From assembly GCA_964016885.1 (NCBI GenBank), contig OZ024743.1, positions 306,156,001-306,220,000 on the forward strand: 64,000 nt of DNA, in the 5' to 3' direction. Source of the stretch: Eledone cirrhosa. Taxonomy: Eukaryota. This document shows positions 50,986 to 61,862 of this stretch, piece after piece. A program made the translations under genes and the position numbers. Numbering within the stretch: position 1 is the first letter of the stretch; the number at the start of each line of letters is the position of its first letter. Under the pieces are notes generated by a model. That model had not been told where the DNA came from. It did not search any database and saw only the letters and a program-made list of their open reading frames with translations.

Positions 50986-51212
50986 GCTGCCAAGAAAGAA
51001 ATTTTTCGGCAAAAATAGATATTTATTTTACCCCCTAAAAAGGGGGTAAATGCAAAAATGTTTCCCTAAATAACAGGGGTTAGTGTTCCAAATGTGTTGC
51101 ACTGAAAAATTTATCCGGTACTTACTATAGTAAGGGTAAATCCCGATGGAATAGCGGAGCCGATGTGAAGCGTGTCTTACTCTATCAAGATAGATAGATA
51201 GATAGATAGATA

Positions 51213-54200
51213 ACTTTCTTTATATTTGCCACCAGAGCATCAAAAGTGGGACAAGTACAAAGGGGGAGTTTACATGCAGAGGCGTCCTCAATAAAGAGGA
51301 GGCAATAACAAGATATAAAAGTATAAAAATAAAATAAAATATAACAAAATAAATTTTATAACAAAATCCTCAATAGGGAGGAGGCGCCTTGGGGGTCGCA
51401 CACACCCCCCAAAAAAGTGTGAAACCCTTCTCCTCAGGAGCACAGAGAGGGGATGCTCCCTTGGTCTTTCATCTTCCTCACCTATAGTTTGATGTAGAGT
51501 GAAGGCCCATTCACACGGGCCATTCTCGCCACTCTCACCCATCTTTCATAAAAACGGCTAGGGTGCAGCACCTCTCTCTCCATCCTGATCCTGCTTCCGA
51601 AATGATATCGGAAGAAACGGACCAGTTGTTGGCCAGAGAGAAAGGTGTCTGACCTCAGTCCTTTCAGACGCGTCCACCATACAACTTCTTTCGCCATGGC
51701 TATTACGCACAGAAACACCGCCTCTCCTTCGTTTTTGAAGAGGGGAGGCGGCTTGATCGTTACAATAGACTCGGTGGTCAACCGGATCGGTCCCATCCTT
51801 GACAGCAGTTGTTCGACATAGCTCCACAGATCGGCAATGCCCGAGCAGTGTACCAATGCGTGTGCAACGGTTTCCTCGTCGCACACGCATCTGGGACAGT
51901 TCTTTTTAGAGGGGTCCCTACCCGGGCGCCCGTGTCTGTAGAGCCTTTCTCAAACGGGCAGAGCCCCTCGGTAGCACTGCCAGGCCAGGGACCTCTGGAA
52001 GTTATGCATGAGTCCCGGGCTGAATGTCCTAACGAATAGGTTGGCCAGTTCGTCTTCCTCCATGCCTAGGGCTTCTCCGAGGGCGTCGTCACACCTGCTA
52101 ACCACCAGCCCTCTATAGAATGACGAGGTGGATTCTCCACTGACATCCGGGTCCGCCTGCCAGAGAGCCGTGAGCGCCTGGGCACACTCGGTGTGCCAGG
52201 CGCCCAGTTTTCTCGGTCTTTGCTTGACCCAGGATTGCAGCTCGGTGAGTGAGACGATTCTGGGAAAGGCTCGCCTCACAAACGGGGCCCACACCTGTTG
52301 ACCGGTGAGGAATACCTGGAGGTGCCGTAGCCTTAATGTGTGTTTACGTATCATTAGCCACGGCATCCCCAGCCATCCTTTCGAAGGGTGTTGACAGCAG
52401 ATGGATCTCCTTACCATAGGAGCCCGCTTCTTCCAGAGGAGTTGGAAGAGTGCGCTTTCCATTTTGGCGAGCGTTTCCCTTGGGCAAGGCACAACAGTCA
52501 GGCGGTAGTAGATGACGGACACTATATAAGTGTTCGCCACCTCCGCCCGACCTTTCAGGGACAGTTTGCACTCGGCCCACTTCTGGGTCAGTGCAAACAC
52601 CCTGTTCGTTGCCTCACCCCAGCTCTTCTCCACCTGGAGGTCTGGTCCGAACCAGACCCCGAGCAACTTCACCGGGCCCTCCGTCCAGCGCCCGACGACG
52701 CCATCGGAGGGCATCGATCTGCCCCTCCACGTGCCGAGCCGCAGACCGATCGACTTGTCCCGGTTCATCTTAGCCCCTGTAAACCTTTCGTACTCCTCCA
52801 GTAAGGTGCCGATCGCCCTGATTTCCGAGGCCGTCGACACCATTACAGTTACGTCGTCGGCATTGGCCGACACTGCTTTCCGCAATCCCGGTTCCAACGG
52901 GATGCCCTGCAACAACTCAAACTTCCGCAGCAGTGGTTCTAGAGTCATTACATACAGAAGGGAGGAGAGAGGGCACCCTTGTCGGATGGACCGCGCGATT
53001 TCCAACGGCTCCGAGAGGTAGCCGTTCACCTTGACCCTAGAGCAGATGCGGCTGCTGTGCATGGCATTGATCCAGCCCCTGAAAACGGGTCTGAAGCCTG
53101 CCGCCGCTAGCACCGCATCCAGGTAACCATGGTCGACCCTATCGAACGCCTTAGATTGATCCAAGTTGATCAAGGCCCTACCGAAGCCGGGTTCGTTCCC
53201 AACCCTCTTTATGATGTATAGCATGAGGTGGAGGTTGTCGTGGATGGACCTGGACGGGATAGCACATGTCTGCGCATCTCCCACCAGGTTGCCCACGACA
53301 AGCGACAACCTCTTTGCTAGCACCTTGGCCAAAATCTGTAACTCTGTATTTAGCAGAGTTATGGGCATGAAATTATTTATATCATCCCCCTTGTTCTCGT
53401 CCTTCCTCACTAGCGTGACTACGCCCTTGGTCACAGCACAGGGAATTCTCCCGTTCTGTTGCCAGTTGCAGTAGATCGCCTCGATGTAATCGGGGAACAA
53501 GTCCGGCATAGCCAGATACAGTTCGTATGGAAGACCATCGAGACCCGGGGATTTGCGTCTGCCGCATTGGCTTAGCACGTCCTCTATCTCAGCGGCTGAA
53601 ATCGGCTCCTCGCAGGACTTCGCCTCCCTGTCCGAGAGACGCGGCAGGCCGTCGAGGTATGGACCGAAGTCCACATCCCCAACCGGCTCCCCGCCCCTTC
53701 CGAACAATCCGGCAAAGTGCTTTTGAAAAGCCTCGCACATCTGCTTAGGTTCAAGGATCACCCGTCTATCCTGGTCTCGCAAAGACCGGATAGTGGATCT
53801 GCTCCCTCTTTTTTCTTCTGTCACGCGGGCCCAGCTAACAGCTTTGGTCCCCTCGTTTCCCAGAGCACGTATTTTGCTTCGGACGATGCAGCCTTCGTGT
53901 TTCGCGTCGAAGAACTGGCCCAGGGCCGTTCTCGACGCTAGCACTCTGGCCACGTCGCCGCTTCTAATTGCCTCTTCTACACTATCTACCAGCTCCCTTT
54001 CCTTCCTATTTATATTTGAGGCTAACTCCTTACTAAATTCTATAGAGACTACTCTAATCTCTCTTTTGAGAGATCCCCACCACCTGCTGTTGACTATGGC
54101 GCCCGTCAACCGCTCCTTAACTAAAGTGCTAATCCGGTCCCTGTAAGTCTTACTTGCCGGTAAGGACAAGTTGAGCTTCCAGTAACCGGGTCCTTGTCTA

Positions 54201-57055
54201 TGCGTTCAGTCAAGGTTGACCATGCAGCTCACTAACTTGTGGTCTGAATAGCCAACCATGCTCATTTTTGGACAACTTAAAAAGTCCTTATCCTTATTTC
54301 TAACTAAGAACCTATCTAGATACGACCTAGATGATCCGCTGCGATTTGCCCAAGTCCAGGTTGGCGCAGTCGGAAAATCTAGTCGATATCTATCGGCCAG
54401 GTCAAATCGACCAGGTCAAATCCCTTTGAGGCTATTACACCCCTCTTTATCGGGACAGGCCCCTACATAGTCCCAGCGTGCATCTAGAATACCATTCCAG
54501 TCCCCCACTAATAGCAAGGAGCGGGACGTCCCTAGAAAAGTCTCCAGACGATGGAAGAAGTCCGGCCGCATTGACCCGAAAGGGCTGTAGACGGCTACCA
54601 ACCTAAACGCTCCGCCTTCACCACTGCCAAGGTCCAGAACCACTAGTCGACCCACCGGGTCCAAATGTACCGTCTGTGTTGCGAGACCCAGATGTTTTTG
54701 CAGCAGAACGACAACCCCACCCCCACCTCCGGGCTGACAGAGAGATGCGTGCATTTCAAAGTCATCAAAGGTGGGGGCCAGCTGCCGCACGTTGCTGATC
54801 CGGGCCTCGCAAATAACCATCACATCTATACGTTGTGACCTGAAGTCATTTAGCAGCATTGCTTGCTTCCAAGTTGAGCCCAGTCCACGCACATTTAGAC
54901 AGCCTACTCTTAACATAGCCATGTTGGTGGTGAAGAGAAAAGGCACTTACCTTTCTGCGTCCCGGGTATCGGGCTCTTCGTCTCCTGGGGACCAGTCTGC
55001 ACAATTTCCATGGGGGTGTTGGAGGGTATGTTTGATGGGGTGGTGGTTTCTGGCGGGGTGGGGACGGAGGTGTTTGGTGGGGAGGGGGTGTCTGGTGGGA
55101 TGGAGATGACTTGGGTGGGGGTGCCTGGGGTAGGGAGGCCTTTGTAGAGGACGCGGTTGATTGGTTTCACGCAGGAATTCCCCACGTCCTCTAGAAATGT
55201 TTCTTTTAGGGATCTATAAGTTCCTATAGGGACACTGATCAGTTTTAGGTTCATTTTTTGGTTTTTGTTGGAGCTATCCAAACTTTTCCCTTCGGTTTTG
55301 ACCAAAGGGTTGTTTCTGATGGTCTCCATAAGTGTTCTATTTTCTTCGTTTATGTAAGTGTATGTGTACTTTTCCTGTGTTGTGATTGTTTTTGTCTGTG
55401 GTTCCTGCGTGTGTTTTCTCTTTGTTGTGGGTGTTTTGTTTTCGGGAGGGGGAACTTTTGTTTGTGATTTTTGTGCTGTTTGTGCTGGTGTTTGTGTGTT
55501 TGTTTCGTTTTTGTTCATGCGGTTCTTTCTTTTTATTCTTTTCACGGGTTGGAAGGGTTCCTCTTCATCGCCGTGGGTGCCGTCGATAGGGGTTCCTCAT
55601 CCGTGTTGATGGGTAGGGGTATGATTTGGGGTTCTGTAGTGTCTGTGTGTGTTTTTGTATTTGTTTTGGGTGGGGAGGGGTTGGGTGGGATAGTGTTCTC
55701 TGTTGTTTTTTCTTGTTGTCGTGGTGGTGGTGGTGGTGGTTGTTGTGTTGTTATTTGTGGTGTTGGTAAAAGTGTTTTTTTTTTGTCAATTGAGGACAGG
55801 CAGCCCTTAGGTGACCTCTGCTTGCGCAGTGGTAACATGCGGGCCGCCTACCCTCAACCGAAATGTTTATGTAGGTCTGTCCATCCAGAGGTAGTCTCTG
55901 TGGGATTTTCATTATACGTTCTGGGCTCATCTGCACCAGAATTTCGACGCTAGTCCCACTAAATATATCTCTACTGAGATCAAAATGTCTTGTTCAAAGT
56001 CAATTAGGCCATAAAGTATCCACCTAATATCTACTTTGGGTCTTATGCATGTAATTTTTATTTTTTGCGTTCTTTTTCCCATGTATGTAGGGAAAAATGT
56101 AAAATGGGTGAACACAATGGGCGCGATGGAATATTTTTGTGCTGTTATGTTGTTTTTCATTAGCACCGAGACGCTGCCGAAAAGTTTGGCTTTCTGAATG
56201 AATAAAATGTTATCCATGTGGTTCCTTAAAACCAGCTCAATCTCACTCTGAGATAATTGAGCTGGCTTTTTTTATGCATTTGAGATTGTCCTGAAAACCA
56301 CCGTGTTCAGGGCATTCTCTCTCCTTAGTTCTTGTGGTGAATTTATGCTAAATGACCCATTGGGTCCAAAAGTCACATATTGTTTAGCTTCTTCCAACAT
56401 TTGTTTCGCGTTGGTTAAATCCAAAAGTTGAAATATTTCCGGGTTTTTGTTACGGTATCAGCAAAAGAAATGTTGCTGTTGTTGTCTTTCTAGTTGTTGG
56501 TGTCACTGTTGTTTGTATTTTCTTTGGTGTTTGTGTTGACATTTTTTCCTTTTGATTGGTATTGTTGGATGTGTTTTCAATTTTTTCATTTTCTGTATTT
56601 TTTGGTGTCTGTTGTGGGCTGTTATTTTCATTTTTTGTTGTGTGAATTTCCATTTCTTTACGAAAAGAAGTGTTTGCTACATATATATCTTTCTGTGACG
56701 TCAGGCGTGTTCAGTTGCTTACAAGCAGCTGAAGCTTGTTCCACTTCTAGATGTTGAGGCGATGATGTTGGCCTTTCTTTGTCCATGTCTGCTACTACCT
56801 GCTGGTCAAGTAGGCATGGCTTTCCCTTCCCATCTTGTTTTGGCAAAGAAGTAGGTGCTTCGGCATTTTTTTAAAAATGTAGTGTTTTGCAAAAATATTT
56901 TCGAAGATATTTTGGTTGTTTTTTCCCTGAGGGGCACGATATTTTGGAGGACTGACCAGATCAAATTGGTATAAAATTAAAAGTTCACAATGACGAATTT
57001 CTAAGGAAATTTAAACAAAACTTACCGAGCAAGTTTAACACGTGTCCATCCCAGC
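51213..57055 (-). mobile_element. Tx1/L1-clade LINE, copy C (diverged subfamily, more decayed)
   Basis: ORF2 about 51482-54922 (MAMLRVGCLNVRG; RT motif NADD instead of YADD). ORF1 about 54910-56866 with CYHCASRGHLRAAC. Confidence 0.93.
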
Positions 57056-57274
57056 GATAGATAGATAGATTTGAGACAGGAACAAAAAACAGTGAGGCAG
57101 TACAAATGGTAGTTTATTAGGTTCACGCTTTTTCGAAATCACGCTATGACAAGTTGCCTTGTGCATTTTTGTGTATTACCGGATGTATTCTTGACATATG
57201 TCACTAAAATAGAACAGCTATAAATGAGTATATATAAATAAGTACTCAATAGATGTTAGTAGAGAATATCTATT

Positions 57275-57454
57275 AACTGGCAGTATCGGTTGAGGGTCGG
57301 ACGCCAGGCTTTCCAGCATAGTTACGTCCCTTTACGATCTGAGTTCAAATCCCGCCGAGGTTGACTTTGCCTTTCATCCTTACGGGGTCGATAAAATAAA
57401 GTACCAGTAATGCACTGGGTTATTGCTGGCCTTGTGCCTAAAGTAGAAACAATT
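57275..57454 (+). mobile_element. tRNA-derived SINE, full length
   Basis: A-box-like tggcagtatcgg, B-box gagttcaaatcc, family core and end. Confidence 0.9.
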
Positions 57455-57496
57455 ATCATCATCATAAAGACAGAAACAATTTATGGGCTATATAGC

Positions 57497-57617
<121 letters not shown>

Positions 57618-57729
57618 ATTTGTGGATGAATCTACCTGTTAGATGTTGGACTAGAGTCTCACATAAGAGTAATCAATAAAGCACTCTCTGATGACTATAG
57701 AACATATATATATATATATATTCATTCAA

Positions 57730-58007
57730 AATATTAACAAAAATAGAACTTCATTGTGATCAAGTATATTTTATTATACATATTACGTCCTCATCAGATA
57801 AAATAAGATGATGCATGACATACCCTGACATAGTAGATGGTTAAGATCCAGTCATGACTGGATCTTAACCATCTACTATGTCAGAGTATTTCATGCATCA
57901 TCTTATTTTATCTGATGAGAACGTACTGTTGAAGTTAGCTCAGTACTTCTGAAATATGTATAATAAAATATACTTGATCACAATGAAGTTCTATTTTTGT
58001 TAATATT
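57730..58007. repeat. Spacer-less palindrome of a pLTR-like module
   Basis: Centre cagtca|tgactg at 57854/57855. Arms end in aatattaacaaaaatag / ctatttttgttaatatt. Confidence 0.92.
57904..57970 (+). ncRNA. Canonical type I hammerhead
   Basis: TATTTTAT-CTGATGA-GAAcGTACTG...CAGTACTTCt-GAAAT-ATGT-ATA/ATAAAATA. Predicted cut after 57962. Confidence 0.88.
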
Positions 58008-58110
58008 AAAACTCCGGAAAACCAAGCTGTTGAGTGCTTCCAATCTATTGTAAAACTAATTCTTTGATTTATTCATCGAACCTTGTTTAACCTTTAAATA
58101 TATATATATA

Positions 58111-58674
58111 AAAACAAATAACGAAACGAAATTAAATTTCGTTTCGTTTGTAACTCACTTTTGTATGACTGACGCTTAAACAATTAAGTTAAAAATGTAC
58201 ATCCATATATGTATACTGAAATACTAGTATGCATATGAATACACACACGTATACATATGTAGATGTACCAAGTCTTTCACTGGTTACTTTACTGTGAGTA
58301 TCCAGCTATTCTGTATGTAAACACACAGACAAACCGGTTTTTAGAGTCATACTGGTTTTTGAGGAAACACCTTTCCTCTATTCTCCAGAAAGCCAGACAA
58401 GGAATATTGAACTAGTTTCGTTGTTGTTACAACTCATCAGCAATATTTACCTATCTACCGGCCTTTCTGGAGAATCGTAAAAGCACATATCGTTATATGC
58501 TTTTTCTATGAAAATTAGTAGTGGGCAGACTAATTTGCATAGAGTGTGAGTACGTACCGGTTCAACGGAGACGATAAAAACAAATAACGAAACGAAATTA
58601 AATTTCGTTTCGTTTGTAACTCACTTTTGTATGACTGACGCTTAAACAATTAAGTTAAAAATGTACATTTTAAC

Positions 58675-58680
<6 letters not shown>
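58111..58680 (-). mobile_element. Retrozyme-like element: 466-nt period, about 92-bp terminal direct repeat, internal hammerhead
   Basis: 58111-58202 is repeated at 58577-58668. (TA)n flanks; fold-back tip aattaagttaaaaatgtacattttaacttaatt. Confidence 0.8.
58403..58447 (-). ncRNA. Canonical minimal type I hammerhead
   Basis: Minus strand: AATATTG-CTGATGA-GTTGT-aaca-ACAAC-GAAA-CTAG-TT/CAATATT. Confidence 0.9.
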
Positions 58681-58711
<31 letters not shown>

Positions 58712-58715
<4 letters not shown>

Positions 58716-58895
58716 TGTTTCTACATTTGGCACAAGGCCACCAATTAACCAGTACATTACTGGTACTTTATTTTATCGACCCCGTAAGGATGAAAGGCAA
58801 AGTTAACCTCGCAGGATTAGAACTCAGAATGGCAAGGGCCATAACTCAATGCGTCAAAGCATGGTGTCCGAATCTCTACCGATACTGCCAATCCA
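58712..58895 (-). mobile_element. tRNA-derived SINE (a further 3' fragment at about 59202-59266, plus strand)
   Basis: Reverse complement of the family consensus. Confidence 0.85.
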
Positions 58896-59267
58896 CAATG
58901 GCTAGCACTCAGTTCATGCGACGAGTTTGTTACAGAAGTTGTTTAAACCGAGCTGATGATCCGTTCAGGTGAAACAAATACCGTGATCTTCCACAATCAA
59001 TGCAATTGTACTTTAAACAGACAGCAATATGAGTCGCTTTTTTTGCATAAGACATCAGATGCGAGATACATAGCTACACATCTCTCCATCTCACTTAACG
59101 TTTTAAAATCATTGAAACGTGAAACCGGTAAAGTTACTATTTATAAATATTCTTTAAAAACTCCCATTGTATTTTCAACTTCTTTTTCATATCATATATA
59201 TATAAAATAAAGTACCAGTAATCCACTGGGTAATTGCTGGCCTTGTGCCTAAAGTAGAAACAATTAT

Positions 59268-60116
59268 ATATATATATATAAAGTTGTAGTTCCTGTCTGT
59301 TTGTTTGTTCACGAACTCCTCCTATGTTTTTGGAGATAGACCCGATAACCATATATATTCTGAAACTACATTGCCCAGGGTACTTGGATAAGTATATTTC
59401 ATTTTAATTAAAGGGATCCCCGGGGGGCACAACCCCCCGCTTGCCCCCGCTGAAAATATTTTCCCTTCGATTTATATGAAATTTAAACCATAGGTAAATG
59501 ACAAGATATGATGCCTATTCACAAAATTTCAGCAAATATTTCAGCAAATATTTCAGCAAATATTTCAGCAAATATTTCAATAATATTAAGACACCCTAAT
59601 GGGGGTTAAACCTCCTATAGTGAAAGTTTTGGAAGCCCATAACTTGAGTATTGGAACCTCTATTATCACGGGGTTTTTCTATTAATTAAACGTAAATCAA
59701 CAAAGAAAGCACCTCTCTTTTATGTTGTTTTCCCTGAAGTTCTTCATTAGGACAAAGTATGAAATATATTTTCATCTATTTATTATGTTCAAAAATAAAT
59801 ATTTAAACTTTGAATTTCTAATTTGAAAATAATGCTTCACACAAAAATGAAATTATCAAGTTTTGAATTGATATTTAAAAAAGAAATTATTTACAAGAAA
59901 CAAAATAAGAATAAGATTTAATAATGTAATTTTGATTTGATATATTACAAAAAATAATGTTTTTCAATTTTTCATGCACTACATTTTACATTGAGTAATA
60001 TTGAAATGCAGAGTTTTTCTCCATAAATTATATCACTGATTTAAAATCAATCATCATTTTCTTACAAAAAAAAGAAAAATGTGTGAAACGCAGCAAGGCG
60101 CGTGTAATTCGGCTAG
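59268..60116 (+). mobile_element. Non-autonomous Helitron-like element
   Basis: 5' tatataaa..gtctgtttgtttg; 3' hairpin ACGC-agcaaggc-GCGT (60088-60103), then CTAG|T at 60113-60117; internal 12-mer tttcagcaaata x4. Confidence 0.65.
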
Positions 60117-60199
<83 letters not shown>

Positions 60200-60505
60200 A
60201 TAATAAATGTGAAGACTAAAATCCGAAGAGGGCTCGATAAGGATCATATATATATAAAGTACAAAGTTCGGATCTAGCTGTCGAAACGGCTGGAGCTCAG
60301 CCGTCAGGGTCCTGACTCTTTTCCTATATATAAAGTATATATATAAACCCGTAGAGCAAATATTTATTAGAAGTATATTTTATATATATAAGAAGTATCA
60401 TGTTATTAAAATATATAAAAAGTGAAAATATCTAAAGATCAATTATTCCTCTAAAGTTGTAAATGTTATAATTGTTGATACTATTGTTGTTGTCATTGTT
60501 GACAC

Positions 60506-61487
60506 TCTTCTTCTTCTTCTTCTTCTTCTTCTTCTTCTTCTTCTTCTTCTTCTTCTTCTTCTTCTTCTTCTTCTTCTTCTTCCTAAGAGATTCGTGGCGA
60601 CAGAGTCCTCAAACACACTTCCAGCAAGTCTTGTCAAAAGCAACCATCTCTAACAGATCCGAATGCATCCCAAGTGAGATCAGCAAAGCTCATAGATGTT
60701 ATCCAACCAGCTTGCTCGAGGTTTACCCTTGGGTCTCCTGCCGGTCGGTTTTGCCCGTCAAATCTGTCTAACGATTCTTCCTGAAACTTTGTAACCACAT
60801 GCGCATAATATCAGAGCTGTGATCTCTCAAATCGGAGAAGTAGTGTCTCTACTTGGAGTGCCTCTCTGATCTCTGAGCTAGCACTCGATCGAGTAACGCT
60901 ACTCAAAAGACCCTTCAGAGGAACCTCATTTCGGCAGATTGTATTCGGGATCGTATTCTTTCCTTCATTACCCAAGATTCGCAACCATAGGTAAGGGTCG
61001 GCACGAATACCGAATTGAAGATAATGAGTTTTGCTTTTAAATCTATCTCCCTTCTTCTGATTACCGAATGCTGATACAGGTGCCTTACTGCGCCAGCTCC
61101 TGCAATTCTTGCACTTAATTCAGTCCCCTGCCCTCCATCACATGTGAGATACTTGAACTTCTCTATCTGCTTCAGTGAAACTCCATTCACATGTAGAGCG
61201 CACTGCACAAGCTTCCTTGTGAGAACGAGTGTCTCAGTTTTCACAGCACTGATTTTCATTCTAGCCATGCATCACTCGGCATTAAACCTATCAAGTGCGA
61301 ACTGAAGATCACCTTCTGTCGAGTTAACTAACACCATGTCTGCAAATTCCAGCTAACTGATTTTACACCAGCCAATCGTGATAACACTCCCACTCCGGCT
61401 CTGCATATCAATCCTGTTCATGAAATTAATGAACAGGAGAGGTGCCGGTATGCACCCTTAGCGGAGTCCGACTCCCACATTAAATGG
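60506..61487 (-). mobile_element. RTE-type LINE 3' portion with (AAG)n tail
   Basis: ORF 60915..61268: MKISAVKTE..QIEKFKYL..KAKLIIFNSVFVPTLTYGCESW..IQSAEMRFL; (CTT)n at 60506-60581. Confidence 0.9.
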
Positions 61488-61862
61488 AGGATTTGCCACT
61501 TGAAGTTTAGGCTTAAAGATAGGTGGTGCAAGTTTATGCACCAAGCAAGGAGTCCGAATACAGATACTTTCTTGAAGAAGTCACTGCAGCATTAGTTGTA
61601 ATTATGACTGAGTCATATATCCTTAAGGGAGACCTCAATGCACATGTTGGCACTGACCAGCTGACATGGAAAGGAGTGATTGGAAGGAAAAGCGATCACG
61701 ATCTAAATACGAATGGAGAGACCTTATCATTGTTCTAACAATGGACTCTCTATTATGAACACCTTCTAGCACACAGACATCCATAAATATACATGGCATA
61801 AGGGGAATAAGGGACAGAGATCAATAATTGATTTTGTTATTGTCTCTGATCTCTTCAATTTT
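61488..61862 (+). mobile_element. RTE-type APE endonuclease fragment in opposite orientation
   Basis: ORF 61523..61738: VQVYAP..YF.EEV..ILKGDLNAHVG..WKGVIG..NTNG, then NTF..HKYTW..IIDF. Confidence 0.85.

Larger units (their letters stand above)
45495..51188 (-). mobile_element. Tx1/L1-clade LINE, copy B (full length)
   Basis: Highly similar to copy A along its whole length. Confidence 0.95.

Noticed and set aside
40035-54470. Many alternate-frame and antisense ORFs inside the Tx1 copies
   Set aside because: Shadow ORFs of GC-rich ORF2 and low-complexity ORF1. Their recurrence reflects DNA similarity between copies only.
39637-57055. LTR retrotransposon or endogenous virus
   Set aside because: APE plus non-LTR RT architecture, with no protease, integrase or LTRs. 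The repeats are whole-element copies.
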